Assembly (NCBI GenBank): GCA_963662285.2
Contig: CAXXMV010000002.1
Span: forward strand, 1,784,150 to 1,848,149
Length of the DNA stretch: 64,000 bases
Source: a bacterium
Lineage (GTDB): Bacteria > Hinthialibacterota > Hinthialibacteria > Hinthialibacterales > Hinthialibacteraceae
Direction of reading: 5' to 3'
Below the pieces are notes generated by a model that searched no databases, was not told the DNA's origin, and was given only the letters and a program-made list of their open reading frames with translations. This document shows positions 9,911 through 19,526 of this stretch, one piece after another (within the stretch, counting starts at the first letter, position 1; each line of letters starts with the position of its first letter). The position numbers were made by a program, and so were the translations under genes.

Positions 9911-11137
9911 ATGGAAATCATCATTGATACAGTTAATATAGGGAAATGCTATCGCATCTATAGCCACCCGCTGCACCGGATCAGGGAATTCTGTGGTCTG
10001 GGGAGGAATTTGCATCGTCAGTTCTGGGCGTTGCGCAACGTTAGTTTACAAATCCCCAGGGGAACGGCTTTTGGCATTATCGGTTCCAATGGGGCTGGTA
10101 AATCCACCCTTTTGAAACTACTGTCGGGCATATCTCATCCTACTGAAGGAAGCCTGAAAGTGCGGGGATCAGTGGCATCGATCCTTGAACTGGGGGCTGG
10201 TTTTCATCCCGATTTTTCCGGTAGGAACAATGTATTCCTCAATTGCGCCTTGCAGGGATTCACCCGCGAAGAAGCGGCGGCGCTGATTCCTGATATTGTC
10301 GAGTTTTCCGAACTGGGGAATTTTATCGATCAATCGGTAAGAACCTATTCGACGGGAATGTATTTACGGCTGGCCTTTGCGGTGGCGACGGCGGTTGATC
10401 CTGAAGTGCTGATCGTAGATGAAGCGTTATCGGTGGGTGATGAATATTTCCGCAATAAATGCCTGGATCGGATGAATGAATATAAACAAAGCGGCAAAAC
10501 CATCCTGATGGTTTCACATGACCTGGCTACAGTACGCCATTTCTGTTCTCAGGTTGCATTAATGGATGGCGGCGTTCTCAAAGCGGTGGGTATGCCGGAT
10601 GAGGTTTTGGATCAATATCTGGAGATGTCGCATAAGGATAAACTTGACCGGGTGCAACAGCCCATATCTTCTGATGGAAGCCCGCGGTGGGGTTCGGGAG
10701 AGGTGGCCGCCAGCCGCGTCATCATGATGAATAATGATGGCGTCGAGCAAACCCTTTTTGATACGGGCGATGCTGTTAGGATACAAACGGACTATACAGT
10801 TAAGTCTCCCGTTAAAGGGGTTGTATTTGGATATCAGATTTTCCGTGCGGATGGCGCTTATGTTCACGGTTCAAATCATTACTGGCATGAGCAGAAAACG
10901 GCTTTGGATTTTGATCATGCTGGAGAAGAACATAGCGTAATATGCGATATCCCCCGGCTGCCTTTACTGAAGGGACAGTATTATCTGACGCTTTGTTGCT
11001 ATAATCGCTTCAATGGATTTCCACAACCAGTGGATCATTGGGAGCGGGCCTATGCTTTCACCGTGAGCGAACGGGTAAGCGATCAACACGGAATATGCGC
11101 AATAGATACGCATTGGACATTTTCAAAAGGGGATTGA
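9911..11137 (+). CDS. wzt: Polysaccharide ABC exporter ATP-binding subunit with C-terminal Wzt_C domain
   Basis: FWALRNVS, GSNGAGKST, LELGAGF, YSTGMYLRLAFA, DEALSVGD, VSHD; C-terminal beta domain after RWGSG. Confidence 0.9.
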   Translation: MEIIIDTVNIGKCYRIYSHPLHRIREFCGLGRNLHRQFWALRNVSLQIPRGTAFGIIGSNGAGKSTLLKLLSGISHPTEGSLKVRGSVASILELGAGFHPDFSGRNNVFLNCALQGFTREEAAALIPDIVEFSELGNFIDQSVRTYSTGMYLRLAFAVATAVDPEVLIVDEALSVGDEYFRNKCLDRMNEYKQSGKTILMVSHDLATVRHFCSQVALMDGGVLKAVGMPDEVLDQYLEMSHKDKLDRVQQPISSDGSPRWGSGEVAASRVIMMNNDGVEQTLFDTGDAVRIQTDYTVKSPVKGVVFGYQIFRADGAYVHGSNHYWHEQKTALDFDHAGEEHSVICDIPRLPLLKGQYYLTLCCYNRFNGFPQPVDHWERAYAFTVSERVSDQHGICAIDTHWTFSKGD

Positions 11138-11147
11138 TGTTCTCAGC

Positions 11148-13643
11148 ATGAACGATCAAAGTATAACACTAAAATCAAAAGAACTCGACAGCCGTTATGA
11201 TGAAGGCTATTTTCACGGCTCTGGCAGTGGGTATGGCGCAGAGGGCTACCAGAACGAATACGCTGATTGGAGCGGTTTGATCGAATGGATTAAATCGAAA
11301 ATTAGAGGTTCGGTGCGCTGGTTGGATATTGGCTGCGCTTATGGCTACCTGGTCGAACAGGCCCGTATTCTCGATGTAGAAGCTTATGGCGTTGATATAA
11401 GTTCTTTCGCGCTCAGGCAGGAAAAATCAGTAAGAGATTATCTGATTCAGGGCTTGGCCGATGCTATTCCTTTTGTTGAAGATTCTTTCGATGTCATTTC
11501 GTTGTTTGATCTTATTGAACATGTAGAGAATCCCGGCTTGGTTTTGGATCAGGTGGAAAAGGTGCTGAAGCATGAGGGATTCTGCTTTTTATCGACTCCG
11601 GATCCGCTCAAATTCTCCCGTGAAGAACCAACTCATATTCATGAGAGACCTCCTTCGTTTTGGGTGCGCCTGTTTCAGCAGAGAGGTTGGTATGTTGCTC
11701 TGCGCTTCGGCGGTAGTGAATATGAATTTGAATTAATGGCCACCCGCAATCCCGGCGCCGACTGGGATGAATTCAAACATGATTATCAAAAACTGAATTG
11801 TGAATTAATAGATTGTATAGATGCCAGTGGAGAGCATTTAGAAGTCGCTCCACGCATCTCCAGCGCCAAGGCGACTATCAGCGAGGAAGCCAGCCTTTAT
11901 ATTCTGAATTCCTCTGATGAACCGCAATACTTTACATTTTCTGCGGCCACTAAGGGTGAGCAGCATCCCGACCTGTTTGTCGGCGACCTGAAGCTGCGTT
12001 ATCGATGCACTGAACCGGAAGATGGCCGCTTTTCCCATAAGTGGGGTGCAATTCCCCTGGCGCCCGGCGGACATAATTTAAGCATCCGGGCGGCTGGCGA
12101 ACCTATCACCTTTGAAAAGATTATTATCGATGCAACGCCCTATGACCGGGACCGTTTTCTGGAAGAGCTGCCTTTTGATCACTATCAGCGTTATCAGATC
12201 GTCTCATCGCTATTGAATCAATTTAACGGCGAATCCCTATCAGTATTGGATATAGGCGGCGTATTGGGTTATCTACAGCTATTTACGCCGCAGCACCAAG
12301 TGACGGTGCTGGATCGCACCTGGGAAGATACCGCTCAATCATTACAATATGACGACGACCATGCGCCGTTTGATGACCTCAGTTTTGATGTGGTTATCGC
12401 GGTCGATACGCTAGAGCATGTCCCTCAAGATAAGCGTGAAAAATTTGTGGCCGAATTAGGTCGATTGGCGCGTAGATCGATTATTCTATGCGGTCCATTT
12501 GATGAACCGGAGGTGGCTGAAACTGAAGCGGCGCTGCGTGATTATCTGACTGGTAAATTAAACCGTTCAGACCGCTTTCTGGATGAACACGCTCTGTATG
12601 GTCTGCCCAATTGTAATGCAACCTTGAATCAGATAGAGCAGCAGGGATTTCAGATCGCCGAATTTCCCAATGGGTATCTGCCGCGCTGGCTGGCCATGCA
12701 GATGGCTACCTTTGCTTTGAGCGGCAGCCCTGAATTAGCTGAAGGATCGCGGCAACTTAACTCTTTATACAATCGCTATTATTTCGCGCATGACAATAGA
12801 AACCCCTCATACCGGATTCTGGTGGCCGCCTTCCGTGATGAGATTCCTGAAAGGATTCGCATCGAAGGACGCCATAAAGAATATGAAGATCCTTCGGCTA
12901 TGTGGCCGGTAGCCAGTTTGATCTCATCATTGTCGATGACTGGCGTCTTGCAAGAGAAGGATGCATTGTTGGTCAACCAGGGGCAGCGTTTGGAGAGTTT
13001 TCTGGCTCATCTCAGTAATCTTGAAAAAGATATTATTGAGCGCGACCGTCATGCCGCCAATCTGGATGAACTGTTGAAGAAACAGACTGTCAGATTGGAT
13101 GACCTGCAAAAACATGGCGACAATCTTGAAACATTGTTGAATGAGCAGAAGCAGGAACGCAAAAATTTAGAGCAACTTCTGGAAAAGATGCAATCTCAAA
13201 ATGAAAAACTCATCTTGCATGGTTCCAATTTGGAACAACGCGAAAAAGAACTGCACGATATGCTAACATCGCTGCAGCAGCATAGCGATAACTTGGAAAA
13301 CATGCTGAGTGAAAATCAAAAACATACCCTTAATTTGGATAATCTGCTGAACGAAAATCGAAAACATACCCGTAATTTGGAAAATATGCAAAAAGATCAG
13401 GAATTAAATTTCTTGAAAGTCATTCCCAAATTGGGATTGAAGCCCGTCAACTCGATAGCAGATGGTCTGCCGCATATAGAGTCACGGGTAAAAAGTTTAG
13501 TAGATGATAACCAGGCATTGGCGGCGGATAATCAAAAATTGTATGATGATCTCGAGACTATAGCCAGTACTCGCGTATATCGTTTCATGAGAAAACTGGG
13601 GTGGTCGCCGTTTAAGAAGCAAAAGGAGTCAACTGAAGAATGA
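11148..13643 (+). CDS. Two class I SAM-methyltransferase domains plus long coiled coil (WbdD-like glycan terminator/ruler)
   Basis: LDIGCAYG...DLIEHV and LDIGGVLG...DTLEHV; heptad coil; basic amphipathic tail STRVYRFMRKLG; lies between wzt and a GT. Confidence 0.75.
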   Translation: MNDQSITLKSKELDSRYDEGYFHGSGSGYGAEGYQNEYADWSGLIEWIKSKIRGSVRWLDIGCAYGYLVEQARILDVEAYGVDISSFALRQEKSVRDYLIQGLADAIPFVEDSFDVISLFDLIEHVENPGLVLDQVEKVLKHEGFCFLSTPDPLKFSREEPTHIHERPPSFWVRLFQQRGWYVALRFGGSEYEFELMATRNPGADWDEFKHDYQKLNCELIDCIDASGEHLEVAPRISSAKATISEEASLYILNSSDEPQYFTFSAATKGEQHPDLFVGDLKLRYRCTEPEDGRFSHKWGAIPLAPGGHNLSIRAAGEPITFEKIIIDATPYDRDRFLEELPFDHYQRYQIVSSLLNQFNGESLSVLDIGGVLGYLQLFTPQHQVTVLDRTWEDTAQSLQYDDDHAPFDDLSFDVVIAVDTLEHVPQDKREKFVAELGRLARRSIILCGPFDEPEVAETEAALRDYLTGKLNRSDRFLDEHALYGLPNCNATLNQIEQQGFQIAEFPNGYLPRWLAMQMATFALSGSPELAEGSRQLNSLYNRYYFAHDNRNPSYRILVAAFRDEIPERIRIEGRHKEYEDPSAMWPVASLISSLSMTGVLQEKDALLVNQGQRLESFLAHLSNLEKDIIERDRHAANLDELLKKQTVRLDDLQKHGDNLETLLNEQKQERKNLEQLLEKMQSQNEKLILHGSNLEQREKELHDMLTSLQQHSDNLENMLSENQKHTLNLDNLLNENRKHTRNLENMQKDQELNFLKVIPKLGLKPVNSIADGLPHIESRVKSLVDDNQALAADNQKLYDDLETIASTRVYRFMRKLGWSPFKKQKESTEE

Positions 13644-15433
13644 AAGTGCTTCAGGTGATTCACGATTTCCTGCCCAGGCATCAGGCTGGTTCGGAATTGT
13701 ACTGTTTTCATTTAAGCCTTGAATTAAAAAAACTTGGTCATGACGTACGCATGTTTTATAGTGAAATTGATCATGAGCAGCCTTCCTTTTCCATCCGCCG
13801 GGGAGAATATCAGGGGTTGCCATTTTGGGAGATGGTCAATAATCACGGCTATAGAAATTTCGAAGAGACCTACCTGAACCCCCAAGTGGATCATGCCTTT
13901 GCTCAATGTCTGGATGAGTTTAAGCCGGATGTGGTTCATTATCAGCATCTACTGGGATTGTCTTACGGATGCATTGCGCTGTGTAAAGAGCGCGGCATCC
14001 CCGTGGTGTTTACTCTGCATGATTATTGGTTGACCTGCCCGCGAGGCGGGGGGCAGCGTTTTTGCGGAGAGGGTAAGGTATGCAATGAGGTTGATTCAGA
14101 TTCGTGCGCCTCATGCATATCCGGTTATTCCTTCGGCGCATCAAGAGGAAGAGGACTAGTTAAAAGAATACTGTCTCTGATCGAAAACCGGAAAGATGAC
14201 GGGCTTGTCTCTGTTATGCGTAAAGGTCGCATTGAAGCGCCCAAGAGATCATTTGTAAAACCGGGTCAATGCATGATTGGAAACGATAAACGCGATGTTA
14301 TATTCGCGCATCCACCTGCCAGTATATCATTTCAATGCGATGTCGGCGCTAAAGCCGTCTTGACTTTCGCTGTAGCCATGGACCCTGGAACCTACGAACA
14401 ATCCGGCGATGGAGTGCGCTTTATCGTTCGTTGCGACGATGTTGTGATATATGATCGCTGTTTGAATCCAAAACAGAACCAGGATGACCGGGGATGGCAT
14501 GATGAAATAGTATCGCTCGATAAATTCGTTGGAGAGCAACGGCGTTTTGTGTTTGAAACTCAAGCCCACCCATCGGGAGTGATTGATTTCTGCACCGCCT
14601 GTTGGGCTGAACCGAAACTGGTCTGCCAGGACAAGCATGTTTACCGGGAGTCACTGAAATCGAAATTCCAGAAGCAGGCCGAAGGTATATTAAATTATCT
14701 GCAACACAGACCCTTAAAGAAGCAAGCTGAAAAGAGGCGCCGCCGTACTCTGGAACTTTTCGCTGATGTGGATTTATTCATCGCGCCATCGAAATTCCTG
14801 CGGGAAAAATTTATGCAGTTTGGCATGAATCCTGATAAGATCATTTTTTCGGATTATGGCATTGACGCGCAAGGCTACAATTCAACCTATCAAAAACCCG
14901 AAACTCCCATCCGCTTTTCTTTTATCGGAACGCTTGTGGTTCATAAAGGATTGCATGTGCTGATAGAGGCCTTCAACCGTCTGCCGCATGATTCCGCGAT
15001 TCTCAATGTCTATGGCGATACGGGTGAATTCACCGATTATGTCAAGCGTATCAAATCAATGATCGGCCATCCGGGAATCCGGTTGAAGGGCAGGGCGGAG
15101 AATCATGATATACCGGATATTCTGGCGCAAACTGATGCTTTGATCGTGCCCTCAATCTGGTTCGAAAATTCTCCCATTACCATACACGAAGCCTTCCTGG
15201 CTCAAACTCCGGTGATAACATCGCGTTTCGGCGGGATGGCTGATCTGGTGCAGGATGGTTGCAACGGGATACTGTTCAAGATGGGCGATCCGGATTCGTT
15301 GTACCGCGCTTTGCTCAAATGCGTCGAACAACCTGAGTATCTCGAATCAATCCGTCCCGATCCACTCAGCGTTAAAACAATTGAGTCGGACTCTGAGTGG
15401 ATGGAAAAAACTTACCGCGAATTGATAAAGTAA
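13640..15433 (+). CDS. GT4-family glycosyltransferase with inserted beta-sandwich domain
   Basis: AGSELY, TLHDYWLTCP, IAPSKF, HKGLHVLIEAF, PSIWFENSPITIHEA; overlaps the upstream stop (ATGA). Confidence 0.88.
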   Translation: MKVLQVIHDFLPRHQAGSELYCFHLSLELKKLGHDVRMFYSEIDHEQPSFSIRRGEYQGLPFWEMVNNHGYRNFEETYLNPQVDHAFAQCLDEFKPDVVHYQHLLGLSYGCIALCKERGIPVVFTLHDYWLTCPRGGGQRFCGEGKVCNEVDSDSCASCISGYSFGASRGRGLVKRILSLIENRKDDGLVSVMRKGRIEAPKRSFVKPGQCMIGNDKRDVIFAHPPASISFQCDVGAKAVLTFAVAMDPGTYEQSGDGVRFIVRCDDVVIYDRCLNPKQNQDDRGWHDEIVSLDKFVGEQRRFVFETQAHPSGVIDFCTACWAEPKLVCQDKHVYRESLKSKFQKQAEGILNYLQHRPLKKQAEKRRRRTLELFADVDLFIAPSKFLREKFMQFGMNPDKIIFSDYGIDAQGYNSTYQKPETPIRFSFIGTLVVHKGLHVLIEAFNRLPHDSAILNVYGDTGEFTDYVKRIKSMIGHPGIRLKGRAENHDIPDILAQTDALIVPSIWFENSPITIHEAFLAQTPVITSRFGGMADLVQDGCNGILFKMGDPDSLYRALLKCVEQPEYLESIRPDPLSVKTIESDSEWMEKTYRELIK

Positions 15434-15448
15434 ATCCGCAATAAATTC

Positions 15449-15547
15449 GTAGGATGGGACAAAGCAAAAAAAACTATCGGTGTTTAATCCGCCACAGCAG
15501 CGTGTCCCATCGGTATACAATCAACACCATAGCAGCGTGTCCCATCG
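15449..15547 (+). repeat. Split and partly duplicated REP-like element (GATGGGAC family)
   Basis: gtaggatgggacaaagc followed by two copies of cca(c/t)agcagcgtgtcccatcg (15492-15512, 15527-15547). Confidence 0.65.
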
Positions 15548-15549
15548 AA

Positions 15550-16989
15550 TTACTGTTTTGTCACCACCACCGCGAAATATCCCTCTTTAGCAGGAGCAAT
15601 AGTCAGTTTCTCTTTAGCCTGAATTATCTTATCAGAAGTCCATTTTGAGGAGAGTATATCCAGTTGTTGGATGCGGTAGTTTGACTGTTCGGCATTCAGT
15701 TTTAAGTCAACTGATCCACCATTAGGGAAAAACAGGGCGTATTGTTTTTCTTGGTTGTGGGTAAGAAAGGCTTCATTCTCTTGGCGCTCTGCGAGCAGCT
15801 GGCTTTTTGCATCAGGCGTACATTTTTCAATATCAATCTGCTCCAGCAGCATTCTCATACTCTTGATATGGGCTTGCGCCGTCTCGCTTAATCCCAGGCC
15901 GCTGTCAGGGCGGTGAAAACGGGTGGCAGCCATGCCGCCGATAATGTTGCGCCAGAATCTTTCCTGACCATCACGGCTGTTTCCAAATCGCCCGGTATCG
16001 GCGCCATAAATTTTAACCGTGTTCAAAGGGCGGATAGCTTTGGATATATAATCGCGCACCCACTGGATGTTATCCCAATGGACGTCTTTTTTATTATGAT
16101 TATTCTGCGATACGTCGATAAAATCATAGATGCCGGGATTGTTATATACCACATGATGGTCTTCTGATTTGATATCCCAGGCGTCAAACATGTCGGTGAC
16201 CATGACTTCTACATTGGCCGCCTTTGCTTCTTTACGGATGAAATCCATCCAATATTGTCCCCATACCGGGGGAGCGTTGGTTTCGTTGTTCATGCAATAG
16301 AGGACGTTGTCATATTTCAGAGAATATGACAACATTTTTCGCACTTGGGCTTCCTGGAATTTCCGGAAAACATCATATTTAGGATCATACTGTTTCATGC
16401 CCGGCGCTGAATAGAAGAAATGCTGCTTGTTTTGCCCAGGATGATCCCTGTATTCTTTGGCGAATCCGGATTGCTCATAGGTGTAATTGATATTGTTTTT
16501 GGGATTATAAGGATGAATTTGCCAACGGTTTGCATTGCCGACGCCGGAATAATCGAAACGGTCCCATACCTCGATCTGTACAATGATGCCGCGTTCTTTA
16601 GTCAATTGCAGCATGTTTTTGAAACGCGACCAATATTCAGGATTCCACTTGCTTAGATCGTATTTACCATTCTTTAACTGTTTGAACGCATAAACTTCAA
16701 AGCCCTTATCTTTCCGGTCCGACATGGTGTTGCGGATATAATTGCCGCCCACAGAGGCCAGCAGATCAAGATGTTCTTTCAGGTTAGGCCATTGAAATGG
16801 ATTGTCATCATCCGTGCCGCCCAGCAGTATGGTCAATTGATTATTGTATTGCCAATAGCGTGGATTCTCCGCATAAGGCTTAATTGCATTATCACCGGCT
16901 GACGCCTGATTAGTTATAACAAATGATGAAGCGCAAACTAAAGTAAACGCCATGAACAGGAAACTAAATAATGAACAATGTTTTTTCAT
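15550..16989 (-). CDS. Secreted glycoside-hydrolase-like protein with C-terminal beta domain
   Basis: Signal peptide MKKHCSLFSFLF...ASA; GGNYIRNTMS, QIEVWDRFD, CMNNET, RFWRNIIGG; start reassigned from 17178. Confidence 0.6.
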   Translation of the reverse strand: MKKHCSLFSFLFMAFTLVCASSFVITNQASAGDNAIKPYAENPRYWQYNNQLTILLGGTDDDNPFQWPNLKEHLDLLASVGGNYIRNTMSDRKDKGFEVYAFKQLKNGKYDLSKWNPEYWSRFKNMLQLTKERGIIVQIEVWDRFDYSGVGNANRWQIHPYNPKNNINYTYEQSGFAKEYRDHPGQNKQHFFYSAPGMKQYDPKYDVFRKFQEAQVRKMLSYSLKYDNVLYCMNNETNAPPVWGQYWMDFIRKEAKAANVEVMVTDMFDAWDIKSEDHHVVYNNPGIYDFIDVSQNNHNKKDVHWDNIQWVRDYISKAIRPLNTVKIYGADTGRFGNSRDGQERFWRNIIGGMAATRFHRPDSGLGLSETAQAHIKSMRMLLEQIDIEKCTPDAKSQLLAERQENEAFLTHNQEKQYALFFPNGGSVDLKLNAEQSNYRIQQLDILSSKWTSDKIIQAKEKLTIAPAKEGYFAVVVTKQ

Positions 16990-17160
16990 GATTATCCCCA
17001 TTTTTTGTTTTGAAAATCCTTCTATGCTGACTAATGATATATCATAACTTTTTTGATTATAGTAGTCTTGCAGCGCTGTAATTGGATGCCGATGATTCGT
17101 GAAGTTCATAATGATAAGATGATGTTGCCAGGGAGATTGTGGAGTGAATTCAGTGGTGTT

Positions 17161-17194
17161 TGGTGGGCTACGCTTCACTTTTAGCCCACCCTGC
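17161..17194 (-). repeat. REP hairpin (GGTGGGCTA family) supplying the stop codon of the 75-aa gene
   Basis: tggtgggctacgcttcacttttagcccaccctgc is the reverse complement of 20967-21000 with 2 mismatches. Confidence 0.8.
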
Positions 17195-17408
17195 CTTTTT
17201 CTTTATGTGCATTAATGATATTTGTCAGCAAGTCATGATCTGATACCCACAAAGAATATTCCTTCAAAGTCATCCCCAAAAAATCATGAAGCGGTTTTGA
17301 TGAATCACTCTCATGCCAGGAATCGATGTAGTCATCAATATCCTCAAGTAAAGTTTTACCTTGTAGGCATAATTCTATAAAATTATTAGAATGGTCATTA
17401 AACATCAT
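17181..17408 (-). CDS. Small acidic hypothetical protein
   Basis: Starts 2 bp after the rsbW-like stop; DIDDYIDSWH...LHDFLGMT..EYSLWV looks like a folded helical protein. Confidence 0.65.
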   Translation of the reverse strand: MMFNDHSNNFIELCLQGKTLLEDIDDYIDSWHESDSSKPLHDFLGMTLKEYSLWVSDHDLLTNIINAHKEKGRVG

Positions 17409-17410
17409 TC

Positions 17411-17863
17411 TCAGCTGCTGGTTAAATACTTAGTAAGAATAAGTTTATTGCCGATCTCTGGTTCGTGGCTGTAATGCACTTCATCCATGAAGGTTTTTAT
17501 TATTTGCAGACCGTATCCGCCTCTTTGGGTTCGGTCGGTGCGCTCGTGGAACGGGTTGGCTTTATGGTAATGTTCTGAGAAATCATTGCCGCAATCGGCG
17601 ATGACCATCTTTAGATACTTATCGTGGATGGATATTTCCAGGCGCAGTTTGGCGCTGGCTGCTTCGCCCTCTTTTGCTTGCACAGCCAAAATAGAATTAG
17701 AGCAGGCTTCGTCAACCGACATCTCTAACTGAAGTATATCTTTTTCAGTAAAACCCATAGTGGTGGATATAGAGTTGATGATCTTACGGATAATAACCAG
17801 TTGAGACAGGCGAGGAGTGATTTCAATAGTTATATCAGGATGAAAATCAGTTGGATGATTCAT
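17411..17863 (-). CDS. Anti-sigma factor / Ser kinase, RsbW-like
   Basis: VDEACSNSI (N box), IADCG, RGGYGLQIIKTFMDEV, GNKLILTK. Confidence 0.85.
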   Translation of the reverse strand: MNHPTDFHPDITIEITPRLSQLVIIRKIINSISTTMGFTEKDILQLEMSVDEACSNSILAVQAKEGEAASAKLRLEISIHDKYLKMVIADCGNDFSEHYHKANPFHERTDRTQRGGYGLQIIKTFMDEVHYSHEPEIGNKLILTKYLTSS

Positions 17864-17880
17864 GTCGTTGTCCTTCCTGA

Positions 17881-19140
17881 TCAGGCGCTTGGTTTTTCTC
17901 TCTCCAAAGCCAGTAGGGTTACATCGTCATCAAATCGATTACTGCCAGTCCATTGGGCCGTGTTAAGTAATGCGGTTTGAAGCGAATCGTGCAATGAGTA
18001 AGGATATGTCTCCCGCATTGCGGATGCCAATCGTTCATAACCGAATTCTTCATGATTTTTCATTGCTTCAGTGATTCCATCTGAATAAAGGATAAACCGG
18101 TCGCCCGGTTCAAGCGTCAAGCGGCCGATCTCCAGATGTTTTCCGTTTGATAGCAGTTTACAGATGCAAGCGCCGCCCGGCTCATGTAAATAGGTGGAAT
18201 GATTTTCAGATTTAACCACCAGAGGAGGTTCGTGCCCGGCTCTTACCCAGCTGACGCTGAAATCTTCTGTATTGAGTATTGCATAAAGCATAGTGCAGAA
18301 CTTGCTGGGGTCTTCGGGAAACCGGTGGTTCAACATACGCACTACTTTACGGGGATCGAAGAATTCACCTGAGACCGCTCCCCTCCCGGCTTCATCGTCC
18401 AATGCTTCCTGGGTAATGGGAGATGGATCGAGTATACGACTAAGCGAGACGGATAGCAGGGCGGCGGGAACTCCATGACCCGATATATCCAGGATGTAGA
18501 AGGCCCACTTTTTTTCATCAAGCCGAAATACGTTGAGCAGGTCGCCTCCAACATATTCAGAAGGTTCAAAAAGCCAGGCAAAATTGAAATCGGGAATCTC
18601 AGGAGACTTTTTCGGGATGAAGCCTCTTTGAACTTTGGAGGCGGCGATCAGATCATGCTTCATGCGGTTATTGGCGTTCTTGAGCTCTTCTTCGGCTTTT
18701 TTGCGCTTTGTAATATCCCAAAAAATGCCCTGCATACCGATGATTGTTCCTTCGGCGTCGTGAATGGGTGTTTTGACGACGTGGACGTACTTGGTTTCAT
18801 GATTAGAGACTTTATTGGCTTCTATATCTTCGAGGGTTTCATTTTTAGAAATTACCCGGTGATCATCATCAACGTATTTCTGCGCAAGATCCCTGGGGAA
18901 AAAATCAAAATCAGTTTTACCGATTATTTCTTCAAAAGGTTTCTCCAGCAGATTGCAAAAACGTTGATTAACGAAGGTGAAGCGTCCTTCAATATCTTTA
19001 CAGAAAATAAACTGGGGAATATTTTCAACCAGCGAATAATAAAACGCTTCGGAATGTTTAAGCGATTCCATCTGTGCGCTGGGAATGATTCTATCCGCCG
19101 TATGAGCATTTTTTATATTAAGATCGTCCATGATAACCAT
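17881..19140 (-). CDS. PAS-domain PP2C (SpoIIE) phosphatase, RsbU/RsbP-like
   Basis: PAS (KDIEGRFTFVN...GKTDFD), VGGD, DISGHGVPAAL, RAGHEPP, YSDGITE, DDVT. Confidence 0.9.
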   Translation of the reverse strand: MVIMDDLNIKNAHTADRIIPSAQMESLKHSEAFYYSLVENIPQFIFCKDIEGRFTFVNQRFCNLLEKPFEEIIGKTDFDFFPRDLAQKYVDDDHRVISKNETLEDIEANKVSNHETKYVHVVKTPIHDAEGTIIGMQGIFWDITKRKKAEEELKNANNRMKHDLIAASKVQRGFIPKKSPEIPDFNFAWLFEPSEYVGGDLLNVFRLDEKKWAFYILDISGHGVPAALLSVSLSRILDPSPITQEALDDEAGRGAVSGEFFDPRKVVRMLNHRFPEDPSKFCTMLYAILNTEDFSVSWVRAGHEPPLVVKSENHSTYLHEPGGACICKLLSNGKHLEIGRLTLEPGDRFILYSDGITEAMKNHEEFGYERLASAMRETYPYSLHDSLQTALLNTAQWTGSNRFDDDVTLLALEREKPSA

Positions 19141-19526
19141 CCTCGGAACGTATTATGATTTATCGATATTGTTATTTTTCTATTTATAGATAGATTCTAC
19201 CATAATATAGGATTTTAAGTAAGAAAAAAAATAAGGATTCAAAATGGGGCGCGATAATTATTTATAAAAATAAATAATTATCGTAGAAAGACAGCCAAGG
19301 AAAATAAATACCGATGAGAATATTGCTATAGCAGTAATATTTCCAGATGGTAGGACAATCAATCCATGCAGTATGGCGCTTATGAACCAGACTAGAAAAT
19401 TGCTGGCGCACATACTGAATCGCATTCTCTTTCTAAGAAAAATATAAAGAGGAAAGAAAAGATACTTCCTGGGGGGATAATTATGCATTATTCGTTTGAT
19501 GTTCATATTATCAAGAGTCAATCAAC

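Noticed and set aside
16990-17178. Long N-terminal extension of the 542-aa ORF
   Set aside because: Begins inside a REP; the signal peptide starts at MKKHC (16989). Similar over-extended starts were trimmed at 5396, 23908, 34275, 40798 and 45239
18475-19158. 227-aa plus-strand ORF
   Set aside because: Antisense shadow of the PAS-PP2C gene with no motif; the same applies to most short ORFs nested in long genes
19258-19521. 87-aa hydrophobic ORF downstream of folC
   Set aside because: AT-rich, no convincing start or family; could be a small membrane protein but cannot be supported
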